A stretch of 64,000 nt of DNA from Mobula hypostoma (lineage: Eukaryota). This document shows, piece by piece, positions 13,401 to 25,400 of the stretch. Within the stretch, counting starts at the first letter, position 1, and the number at the start of each line of letters is the position of its first letter. The stretch spans positions 103,294,001 through 103,358,000 of the forward strand of contig NC_086107.1 in the NCBI RefSeq assembly GCF_963921235.1, given 5' to 3'. Below the pieces are notes generated by a model. It did not search any database and was not told the origin of the DNA. It saw nothing but the letters and a program-made list of their open reading frames with translations. Both the position numbers and the translations under genes were made by a program.

Positions 13401-16400
13401 TCATCCCAACAAGACTGGGAATGGAAGCTGGAACACACAGACGTACAATTACTAACTGGGGTGTTGTGTACAGTTCTGGTCGCTCCACCGTAGGAAGGAT
13501 GTGGAGGCTTTGCGAGAGGGTGCAGAAGAGGTTTACCAGGATGCCGCCTGGTTTAGAGGGCATGTGCTGTCATGAGAAGCTGGATAAACTTGGGTTGTTC
13601 TCTCTGGGGTGTCGGAGGCTGAGGGGAGATCTGATAGAGGTTTATAAGATTATGAGAGACATAGATAGAGTAGATAGGGTGTATCTGTGCCCCAGGGTAG
13701 AGATGTCTAATACCAGAGGGCACGCATTGAAGGTAAGGGGGGTAGGTGAGGGATGTTTTTTACTCAGAGAGTGGTGGATGCTTGGTATGGTTGTAGAGGC
13801 AAATACGTTAGAGGCTTTTATTTTAAGAACTATTTGGATAGGCACATGGGTGTGAGGAAGATGGAGGGATAGGGACATGGTGTAGGTAGGAGGGATTAGT
13901 GTTTGGGTGTTGTTTGGCGGATCGGCACAACATTGTGGGCCGAATGGCCTGTTCCTGTGCTGTGGTGTTCCATGTTCTCAGTTCTAAACCGGCCCCTAGC
14001 AGCCAACAACCCAGCAAGGTGGTTGTGTTCTGACAAGTGCAGGAGTGGTCCCACGGTCGTATAACCATTCTCGCCTTGCCGTCTGACCGACAGGGTAAAA
14101 GGTCTGTCTGATGTCATGAAGGGCTTGGGGTAGAATAATACGCAGGGACACTCTTCCCAACGGCTGGACCTTCAGGGCGTGAGATGACTGAAGAACAAGG
14201 GGCAGGGACGGTGAATGACTGGGTTCTTGTTATAAAGAGATGGTACAGGTTCAATGGGCCGAATGGCCTCATCCTGCGTACTGCTGGAAATAAAGGCACT
14301 GCGAGTGGACGTATTCCGGTGGACGGTTCGAGGACAGCGGGGACTGGAAGCAGACAGCGAGGCTGCGTGGCCAGCGGGCTTCACCGTGGGCTGAGGCTGT
14401 GAGACGTTGTTGGATGTGAGGCAAAGGAGACGGGCCCTGCTCGTGTGAGGGCGATGGCACGACAGGCTGCCCAGGCCTTGGCCTCGTTCTGTCCTAGAAC
14501 TCCTCACCGTTTTACAACAGAGGAACACTCCTCGCCTCCTCCCCAACAGCCCAAGTTCTGCAAACCAGCCTCCCTTCAATGGACCCTGCCTGCACTTCTC
14601 CTGCCTCGGGAAAGCAAGACCCCTCCCACCCCAGACATTCCCTCTTCTCCACTCTCCCATACAAAAACCTGAAAGCAGGTAACCATCAGGCTTAAGCACA
14701 GCTTCTATCCTACCACTGAACGACCTCTCGTATCAAGGATGAATCCTTGGCCCCCCCTCTCTACCTCGTTATGGCGCTTGCCCCTTATTGCCAGCCTGTA
14801 CTGCTCTCTCTCTGTAACTGTAACACTCTGTTCTGCATCCTGGTTTCCTTTTTAACTAGCTTGACATATTTATGTCTGCAGTCACTGAAAGCAAAAGCTT
14901 CTTACTGTATCTCAGTACATGTGACGATACTAAACTGATTACCGATAATCAGCTTATCTGCCCGTCTCTCCTCGTGGCTGTAGCTTGCTCATTTACCTGT
15001 AACGAGTCTCCCCTGTTTCACCCCGGGGGGGGAGAGGGGAGGTGGGGGCAGAGGGGAGGTGGGGGCAGAGGGGAGGCGGGGGGGGGAGGGAATTCAGAAG
15101 CAGCGCTGTGATTTTACCGCGATTGGCCAGTGCTGGGGGCGGGTGATGGGTGGTGGCTCTTGACAGAACAAAGTTCATCCCTTTTCCGGAGCACTGACTG
15201 TCTGAACTAACTGATTGAAGGGAAGCCAGGCACAGTCCAGGAACACTATGGACCTTGTACCCCAACTACCTACGTGCACACACACACACACGATATAACG
15301 TCATACACACACACATCCACACAGAGTCAGACACACAGCCAGATAAGACACACTTCTGGCTTACTTGCCTCTGGTACAGTTCAATCCTTTGCCAGCGAAC
15401 TCCTTCTGCAAAGCCGCCACAAACTTCTCTCTGATCTTCTCTGTCTTTGGCGGAAGAAAGGCGAAGATTAGCGAAGCCCCCGATCAGTGCGTGTCTGGCA
15501 CCCCCCACCCCCCCACCCAAGGAAAGGTGGGTCCACCTTCCCTCCCAGCCTCAGGAACTCCCAAAGCCCCTCCCAGCCAATGGGGTGCCCGTGAAGTGTG
15601 GCAGCCAGTTATGCACAGCAAGAGTCCACAAACAACAATGTGCTTTTGTTAAAAAAAAACCTGCAAAAAAATGTTGTCCTGGAAAACGGGAGTAACTCTA
15701 CCACTTGTCTTTGAGGTGACAGTGAGGGATCTTTTGTGTCTAGTGGAGGGAGCAGGCAGGAGAGACCTCAGTTTGGCTTTTAACAGACAATGGTACGTCC
15801 ATCACCCTGCGCTGGGGAGTGGGATTTGAACCTGGAACCTCTAATTCACTGTGGGACGACTTGGGTCCGGTGACACACAGCTGACTCAAGGAGAGCCGGG
15901 GAGAGGCCATTCAGCCCCTTGGGGCCCGGCTGCTCCGTGAGGAGGGAATTCAGGGCGAGGTGGAGAAGAGAACAGGGCTGCTAATTCAGGTGACGACACA
16001 GTGGTCACACAGTCCTATGGCTTGTAAACAGGCCCTTCGGCCCACCTAATCCATGCTGACCATCGCACACCCACTCGCACTAATCCTATTTCCCCCTCGT
16101 TCCCACAGATCCTGCCACTTGCCTACACGTTGGGGCCAATTTACAGAAGCAACTTAACCCACCAACCTGCATGTTTTGTTTTTTTTGGAGGGGCGGAGGA
16201 GAGTGGAGCACTTCGTGGTGCCGGAGGTCGGGATTGAACCCAGGGCGTTGCAGCCAAGGCAGCAGCTCGACTGGCTGCACCACTGTGGCGGCAATAAAGC
16301 AGCAATGCAACTCTTTTGAACCGAATGCGATGGAAATCTCTTCCTGCAGCTTCCATTCCACAGGACCTTCCTGGTATGGTTCTGACAGTAACGGAGGGCA

Positions 16401-19400
16401 GCAAGAACTGTTTCCAATATCCTCAGCCAATCCAAGAGCAATACTTTTCCCCAGTCTGTTCTATTTAAAGAATTTCTCTGTAATATTCAGAATTCCATTT
16501 AAAAGAGACACGAGATTCTGCAGATGCTGGAAATCTGCAGCAGCACACACAAAATGCTGGAGGTCAGACTGTAATGCTGAGGCTTTGTAAGGCACTGGCG
16601 AGGCCTCACTTGGAGTACTGTAAGCAGTTTTGGGCCCCTTATCTTAGAAAGGATGTGCTGACATTGGAGAGGGTTCAAAGGAGGTTCATGAAAATGACTC
16701 CAGGAATAAATGGCTTGTCATATGAAAAGTATTTGAGGGCTGTGGGTCTGTACTCACTGGAATTCAGGAGAATGAGACGGGATCTCATTGAAGTCTATCG
16801 AACGTTGAAAGGCCTTGATGAAGAGTGGGTGTGGAGAGGATTTTTCCTACGGTGGGGGAGTCTAAAACCTAATGGCACCGCCTCCGGATAGAGAGACTTC
16901 CATTTAGAACAGAGATAACAGCCCATCTCCTGTACTCAGTACTTCGATTTATGAAGGCCAATGTGCTGGAAGCTTTCTTTATGGCTCTATCTACTTGTGA
17001 CAGCACTTTCAAGAAATCATGGATCTGTATTCCCAGAATCCTTTCTTCTACCACACTCCTCAGTGCCCCACCGTTCACTGTGTAAGACCAACCCTGGTTG
17101 TTGCAACACCTCGCACTTGTCTGCATTAAACTTCATCTGCCATTTGTCAGCCCATTTTTCCAGCTGGTCCAGATGCCGCTGCAAGCCACGATAGTCTTCC
17201 TCGCTGTCCACTGCACCCCCAGTCTTGGGGTCGTCTGCAAATTTGCTGATCTAATTAACCACATTACCCAGATTGTTGATATAGATGACAAACAGCAACG
17301 GACCCAGCACCGATCCCTGTGGCACTCCACCAGTCACAGGCCTCCCGTAAGAGGGGCAACCACCTACAACCACTCTTCGGCTTCTCCCACAAAGCCAATG
17401 TCTAATCTAATTTACCACTTCATCTTGAATGCCGAGCGACTGAACCTTCTTGACCATCTCTGCTTGGATCCCGGCACTTTCTGCCCTTGCCTCCTGTAGG
17501 GTCCGAGGGAACATCTTGTCAGGCCCTGGGGATTTATCCACCCTGATCAGGACAGCAAACACCTCCTCCTCTGTAATCTGTATAGGGTCCATCTAAAAAG
17601 AGTAGGTTGGGACTTTATTCCTTGAGAGTGTAGGAGACTGAGGAGCATGAAACAGAACCGTACAGCACAGGAACAAGCAATTCGCCCCACAATGTTGTGT
17701 CAAACCAATTAAAACACCCAAACGCTAATCCCTCCTACCTACACAATGTCCATATCCCTCCAACTTCCTTACATCCATGTGCCTATCCAAAAGTCTCTTA
17801 AAAGCCTCTAACCTATTTGCCTGTACCACCATCTAGCAAGAAGTACAGGAGCCTTGGATCCCACACCACCAGGTTCAGGAACAGTTACCCCCTTCAACCA
17901 TCAGGCTCCTGAACCAACATGGATAATTTCGCCCACCCCAACACCGAACTGATTCCACAACTTTCAGATTCACTTTCAAGGATTCTAAACTTAGGTTCTC
18001 AGTATTTTTTAAAAATTTGCACAACTTGTCAACTTTTGCACATTGGTTGCTCGTCAGTCTTTGTTTATCTATAGTTTTTTTTCATAAATTGGATTTATTT
18101 TCCTTTAAATGCCTGCCAGGAAATGAACCTCAGAGTTGTATACGGTGGCTTGGACTTTCCTAGGAGTAGATAGTCTTGAGTATCCTCACTGAAGGCCAAT
18201 CTGACTGAGCTGTTTAAAGACAGCTGAATCCCCAACATAGTGTTATTGTCAACCAAGGACACAGGACCTGTGACAACGTGGCACCCTCTCCCCCTGTCCC
18301 TCCACTCGACATGATCATGGCTGATCTCTGCTGGCCTCTGTTCTCGATCAGAAATAAAGACAAATTAGCTTTGACACATGCACGCCAGACACCAAAGAAT
18401 ACAGTGAACTGTGTTGTTTGTGTCAATGACCAACACTGTCTGAGGATTGTGCTGGGGGGGGGGTAGGGCACAAGTGTTGTCATGGTTCCCATGTCAGCGT
18501 AGCCTGCCCACAACTCACTAACCCTAACCTGTACATCTTTGGGATGTGGGAGGAAACCGGAGCACCCGGAGGAAACCCACGCGGTCACGGGGAGAATGTA
18601 CAAACTCCTTACAGGCAGAGGCGGGAATTGAACACCGATCGGTGATGGTTGCCGCTGTAAAACGATTACACTAACCTCCAGGCTGCCGTGATGCCTAAAT
18701 CTTTTCAAAAATGGGTTACTTCCTCTATAAACACCTCTAACGACCATGTCCAAGTTACAGAATTCCAGAGAATTACTGCTCCCTGTGAGATGAAATTCCA
18801 ACACATCCCAGTCTTAAGTGACCACTCTCTCATTTTATAACTCTGTCTCCTCGATGGAGGTTCTCCCACTAATGGAAACATCTCAGAATCAGGGTCAGGT
18901 CTACTGACGTTGATAAAAATTGTAAAATTTATCATATCAAGCCCCTTCAGGATCTTATGTTTTAATGGGGTCCACCCTCATTTTCCTAAATTCCAGAGAA
19001 CACGGGTCTAAGATCTTCTCCTCCTTTGCGGTGGGACACCCTCCCTTCCCACAAAGGAGCCTAATCAGCCTGCTGGAGGAACTCGGCAGGTCGAGCAGCA
19101 TCTGTGGGGGGAAAGGAATTGCCGACATTTGGGCTCGAAGTGTCAACAGTTCACTTCCTTCCACAGATTCTGCCCGACCCGCCAAGATTTTGTTGCTCCA
19201 GGTTCCAGCATCTGCGGTCTCTTGCATCTCCCATTAGACCCAGGAATGTCTTCTGGACTAGCATTAACCATCTTAAGTCGAGGGACCAGAGCTGTTCCAA
19301 AACAGGACTGGGAACAACAGACGTTTATTCCAAGGAGATGTTGAAGATGTCAGCGATGATCTAGCACAGGGGTTCCCAACTTTTTAAAAAAATATCATTG

Positions 19401-22400
19401 ACCCCTACCATGAACCGAGGAGGTGTGACCCCCAGGTTCAGGACCTCTATCTAGTGGAAGGACCAGAACCTTGTGGAAAGATGTCCCCCTCCTCAAGGAC
19501 AGCACAGGAGTGAGTTGTTGTGGGATCGCACTATTCCCTCCACCCCCAGCACCCTCCAGTTACCTTGTCAATCTGGGAGAACTCAAGTCGCTCTGCTAAG
19601 GAACAGCTCCTGCCAATGGGACAGACGTTCAACATGCCGTTTCGAAACTCAATGAAGGTGCCCCTGCAACACAGTGGTTCACGTTACGTCTCCTTGGGGC
19701 ATCGATGGAGGCTCTCTGCCTCACTGAGTCTAAGCCAGCCTTCCGACCAATCCCATCACTCCCATTCCCCCGCGCTTAGTATTGCCCTGGGCAGAGACGT
19801 GGGTTCGATCCTGACCTCGAGTGCTGTCTGCGTGGAGTTTGCATGCTCTGCCTGTGATTTCCCCCTGGGGCTCTGGCACACACTTATCAAAGATGCGAGT
19901 GCTGAACGGGACGCTGTAAGCTGTCCCTAGTGGGTGGCTGAGTGGTAGAATCTGGAGGTGGTGGGGGGGAGGGAGGAGTGGATCAGAGTGTGGGAAGAAT
20001 AAAATGCAGGATTACCACAACAATTTACAGTACCAGCGACGCAGGTTCAATTCCCGCCACTGCCCCTCCATAGGCCTCAATATCTACTCTGTGCTGGTTT
20101 CCCAAAGCCCCTAGTCTTTCAAAAATGTATCTACCCCCACATTAAATATCCTCCCCCTCAATGATCCAGCCTCCACAACACTCTGAGGCAATTCCAGAGA
20201 TGCACCACCTTCTATGGGGGAAAAAATATCAAGGCAGAGGGCAATGAATATTCTCACGTCCTCAGTATTATTTTTTTTTATTTGTATAGTTTGTCTTCTT
20301 TTGCACATCCATTGTTTGTTATTCTTTGTCTACTTATGTATAGATTTTCTTAAATTCTATTGTTTTTCTTTATTTCCTTTTAAATGCCTGCAAGGAAATG
20401 AATCTTAAGGTGATGTATACATACGTTGATAATAAATTTACTTTGAACTTGCTCCGTGAGCTAGGAAAGACTCAAGGGGCTGAAAGACCACTCTGTATAT
20501 TGTAAGGATTTTTAAAATGTAATTTAATTTTATTTAGGGATACACTACTGTAACAGTAGTAGATGGCCCTTTGGCCCATCGAGCCCATGCCACCCATTTA
20601 CACCCCTGTGACCAACTAACCTACTAACCTGTACGTCTTTGGAATGTGGGAGGTCACGGGGAAAACAGACAACGGCAGGAATTGAACCTGGGTCGCTGGG
20701 GCTGTAATAGGGTCATGAAAGCAAAAGCAGACTGCTGGAGGAACTCTGTGGCGACGGAGGGATGGTTGACATTTGAGGTCAGAACATTCGGCCGGCTGGA
20801 GTCGGGTCCATGGTTCTTCTAGCCCTTTGCAATTTACCCCCATTAATCCCCGAGCCACTCGCCGTCCCCCACTCTCCATCTACCCACCTTCTACTGTACA
20901 GCCCACATACTCAGGCTAGCAATTACCCCTCACCCCCCAGCCATGCCTGAGCCAGGCCCGGCAGGAGAAGGGCGGGTGCAGTCTCCTTACCTTTTGCGGG
21001 GTAGTCGGATGTCAGACATGTAGCTGAGGCAGAAGTTAATCAGCTCCTGGAGTAGCTCCTCACCCAGGTAGTTCTGGATGGCCTGAGGGGTAACAACAGA
21101 GCAGGGCGAGGGTGGGGGAGAGGGGACGAGGGAGATGTGGGTAAGGTACGGGAGAGGGGTAGGGAGGTGAGGGAGGCAAGAGCAAAATGGGATTTGTATT
21201 GAGAGCAGGAGAGGAGGGGGTGTGGGGAAGGCAGGAAGGGACATCGGTCGGTGGGGGGAGAGAAGAGAGAGGAGGGTCAGGGAAAGGTGGGCTTGGAACC
21301 AGAGAGGGTGACAGGTGGGAAGGAGGTGGTGAGGGGACAGCCCGGGGAGGATGAGGAAGGGGAGAGTGGTGGTGGGGATGGTAAGGAGGGGACGGGAGGG
21401 GGAACGAGACGGAATTGGATAGGATGGAGAGAAGGAGGAGGGTTGGAAGGGAGAGAAGAGGAGGGAAGAGGAAGGGGAGGGAGGAACAGAAGTGAAAGAG
21501 GAAAGGGACAGGCAGGAGTGGGAGGGGAGGAGGTGGGAAGGGACAGGGTAGGAAAAAGGAAGGGGAGGGATGCATCAATTAGCACAGGATGAACCAAGTC
21601 CGGCCTTGCTGAAAACTCACCACTTCACCTCCAACACGTTCCAACCTCCCAGTTTTCTGAATCTTTCCCAAGGACTCTGCACGTGGATGGAGATTGTCCC
21701 AAGTTTGGCTGCTCAGCCCTCTCACTCTGAACGACATCTACCTCTCCCCATTCCCAGATCCCTGCGCCCGGCTTTCCCGTCCAACCTTCTGCCCTCGACA
21801 GGATCAGAGATCGCCAGCTGACCAGAGGTCATGGGTTAAGGGTGAAAGGCCAAATGCTTAAGAGGGACAATGAGGGAAAATGTCTTCACTCAGAGGGTGG
21901 TGAAAGTTTTGGAATGATGTGTCTTTGATTTCAACATTTATGAAGAGTTTCATTAGGTACACGGATGGGAGGGGAACGGAGGGCTCTGGTCTGGGTACAA
22001 ATCGATGGAAGTAAGCAGTTTAAATGGTTTGGCACAGACTAGATGGGCCAAAGGGCCTCCTTCAGTGCTGTAAGTTTTCTATGACTTGATGATGTCCTGG
22101 TGAAGTTGCTCCTGCCACCTGCAGAGATCCTTCATCTCCCTCTCCTTTCCTCCTCTCATGTCCCTAACTTCTTGTTTTCCCCACCCCATTTTCACTCTCT
22201 CCTCCCCCTCCCTCGTCTTCAGTTACCCACTAACTCCCCTCCAGCGTCTCAACCCTCTTTCAGTCATCAGGCGAAACTTCCACCATTCCAACCTTGATCA
22301 TGTTCACAGCACCTGCAGACCATTTCGTTTTCCTCTGGCCCATACGTGACTCCAGCCCCATCGCCAAGGTTGCCTACAACTACTTAAATACAGGTGAAAA

Positions 22401-25400
22401 TAGGAACAGTCGCACGTCGACGGCTGCCGGAACTCGATGACAGATGTGCCTCAGTCTACCTGATCTTCTAGTTGGATGCTGGATGAATGGGACCAGCACG
22501 TGAGCTCCATCACACCGCCTCAACTTTCTTAAACGTTTGCGTAGATTTGGCAAGTCACCAAAAACTTTGACAAACTTCTGTAGATGCACAGCAGAGAGTC
22601 TCCTAATCGGTTGAATCGCGGCCAGGTATGGAACCACCAATGCCCGGGGATGGAATAGTTTATAGGAAGAGGTGGAAACAGCCCAGTCCGTCACAGGCAA
22701 AGCCCTCCCCACCACTGACAAGGAGTGTTACTCAAGAACTCTTGTATCCCAAAGTTGTCCGGGTTGGAAGATTAATTGGACATTGAAAGTTGCCCGAGTG
22801 TGTAGATGAAGAGTAGAAACTGGACAGGGGAGGGGGGTGCTGGGATTATGGGAATCTGGGGAGAATAAGATGGGATTGGTAATAGGATGATCGTAACTAC
22901 GTGGTTGACGGTTGGTGTGGACTCTGTGAGCCTGTAACCCTACTGAACAACCTCATGATTCTACCAGCAGCTTCACTCTCCCTAACTCTCCTCCACCAGC
23001 CTCCCCTCCATGGACCCTGTCAACATCTCCTGCTGCCCAAGTCAAGTAGCTAGAACAGTCTAAGGCCCCATCCACCCTGGACTATCTCTCCTCTCCACTC
23101 TCCCATACAAAAAGCCTGAAAGCGGCTAACATTAGGCTGGAGCACGGCTCCAACCCCAACCCCAATTAGATGCTGACCTTGGGTGCTGTCTATGTGGAGC
23201 TTGCATGCTTTCTCTGTGACTGCCCGAGTTCATGGAAGGGCCATGAGACTATTGAGCACACCTCTTGTGTGATAAAACAGACACTTGACCCTAGTGTAGC
23301 GTGTCACGGCCTTGAACCTTACTTCCTCTGTAAGTGGGAGGAGAAGATGGCAGTGCGACGCAGCTCTCTGGTGAAATGATATCGTTAAACAGGGGCCGTG
23401 GACAATTCTGATTTGATGGAGACAGCCGTGAAAGCACAGAGGAACATCTGGAGAAATTTCTGAAATGTCTGGTTCGCTGCTGTTGTTACTGCGCAATCCA
23501 GAATCTCCGGAGAGTAGGCCCCAAAATCCACGGCTTTGCCTGCTGCTGGCAACCGGGACTGAGATTGAAACGTTCAGCAGAGATGATGCTCAGTACTCAG
23601 TGTTGGAGGGCTGATCAGAGCTCGAAGTTTTCGGACGACTTGGAGTCGGACTGTGGTCAGGCATGGCAGGGAGAGTTTTCTTCCTTCTCCCGTCTGTGTG
23701 AGATGTGGGACATTTGAGAAACTTTGAACTTTTTTACTGTGCCATGGCCCGTTCTTCATCAAGTTATGGTATTGTTGCACTGTTGTAACTATATGTTATA
23801 ATTATGTGGTGGTGTTAGTTTTTCAGTCTTGGTCTGTCCTGTGTTTCTGTGATATCACACCGGAGGAACATTGTATCATTTCTTAATGCATGCGTTACTA
23901 AATGACAATAAAAGAGGGCTGCGTGTCCTCATAATCTAAAAACTGTAATTTGTATTCTGCAAATGCTTTTCCCCCGTACAGTCTCGATGTACTGATGTGA
24001 TGACACGTACAACAAAGTTTTTCCACTGAAACTCAGTACATGTGAGAATAATAAACCTCCCCCCCCCCCCCCCGGCCGTAAGAGAGGTCCCAGCTCCGCA
24101 GAAAAGCACTGCACCCTCCCCCCCCCCCGAGCCGCTCACCCACCTCCTTTGTGACGAACTTCCCGTCCCTGTACTGGACCGTCCCATTTTCAGCAAAGAC
24201 GTAATCGAACTTCTGAACGACTGCAGTGGCAGAACAGAAGGGGAGAAGGGTGAGAACGGCGGGGCGGGAAGGAACAATGGACGTTCCGCCAGGGAGTGGG
24301 GAGCTCCTGCCTCTCTGAGTACTAACGGGATTGTCGGGAGGGATCTGTGGCGGCCCCACTGTCCGCGGTGGTTAACAGGCTTGTCTACTCACCCCCTTCC
24401 CCCACTTACAGCCAGCGCCTCACCTTCTTCTCCTTCCCCCAGTTGCTCTGCTATCTTGGCGTAATCTGAGCCTCCCACAACGCCAATCTTCACCTTCTTC
24501 CTCAGCCCCTGCAAAAACGCGTCCAGCTCAGGAGCGATTTTCTGCAAGCAGAGCGGGGAAGAGAGTGAGAACGGGGAATGGACCAGTGGAGGGACGGTGG
24601 GTGGAGGGGAGGAGGAGGTGAACTGGGGTGAGGAGGAAGTGCCTTGTATGGGGAATCTGGGGAGGAGGGGAACAGACTGGGGAGAATGCTTGTCGGACAA
24701 AGGTTTCTCTGCGAAACATAACCCCTCGGTCTCTGTTCCTGGGCTGGGGATTGCAGTCCAAGCCCCTGACCCAAGTGTTTATGTATGTGGGAGGAGGATT
24801 GGAAGGGGGAGTGAGGAGGGGGGAGGGGGAGAGGGGTGTGTGGGAGAGAGGAGCGATAGAGTAGGGTAGAGAGGAGAGAGGGGGGTAGATACAAGAGAGA
24901 GGGGAGGGAGGGCAGAAGGAGGGGAGGGGTGAGGAGCAATAGAGTGGGGTGGAGAGGGGGGTAGAGAGGAGAGAGGGGGTAGATATGAGAGAGGGGGAGG
25001 GAGGGCAGAGAGAGAGGGGGAGAGGGGGTGAAGGTGTGAGAGAGAGGGTGGGGGAGAGAGAGGGGGTGGGATAGAGGGTGGGGGAGAGAGGGTAGGGGAG
25101 AGAGGGTAGGGGAAGAGGGTGGGGGGAAGAGCGGAGGGGAGAAAGAGGGGAGGGAAGAGGGGAGGGGGAAGAGGGTAAGGGGGAAGAGGGTAAGGGGGAA
25201 GAGAGTAGGGGGGAAGAGAGTAGGGGGGAAGAGGGTGGGGGGAAGAAGGTAGGGGGAGAAGAGGGTTGGGGGGGAATGGATGGATTCCACAACCTACAGA
25301 CTCATTTTCAAGGCCTCTATAACTCATGTTCTCTGATTTTTTTTAAAATTTTAAAATATTTATTTATCTATTTGTTTATGCATTTTATTGTTGTTTGTAT

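Noticed and set aside
16570..17590. Twin-priming inversion of a single CR1
   Set aside because: The pieces meet tail-to-tail rather than head-to-head and look like different subfamilies; no TSD found
24502..25327. Long Pro/Leu/Ser-rich ORFs (262, 254 and 182 aa); similar ones at 21060-21597 and 9726-10043
   Set aside because: Artefacts of stop-free C/T low-complexity tracts in PMM1 introns
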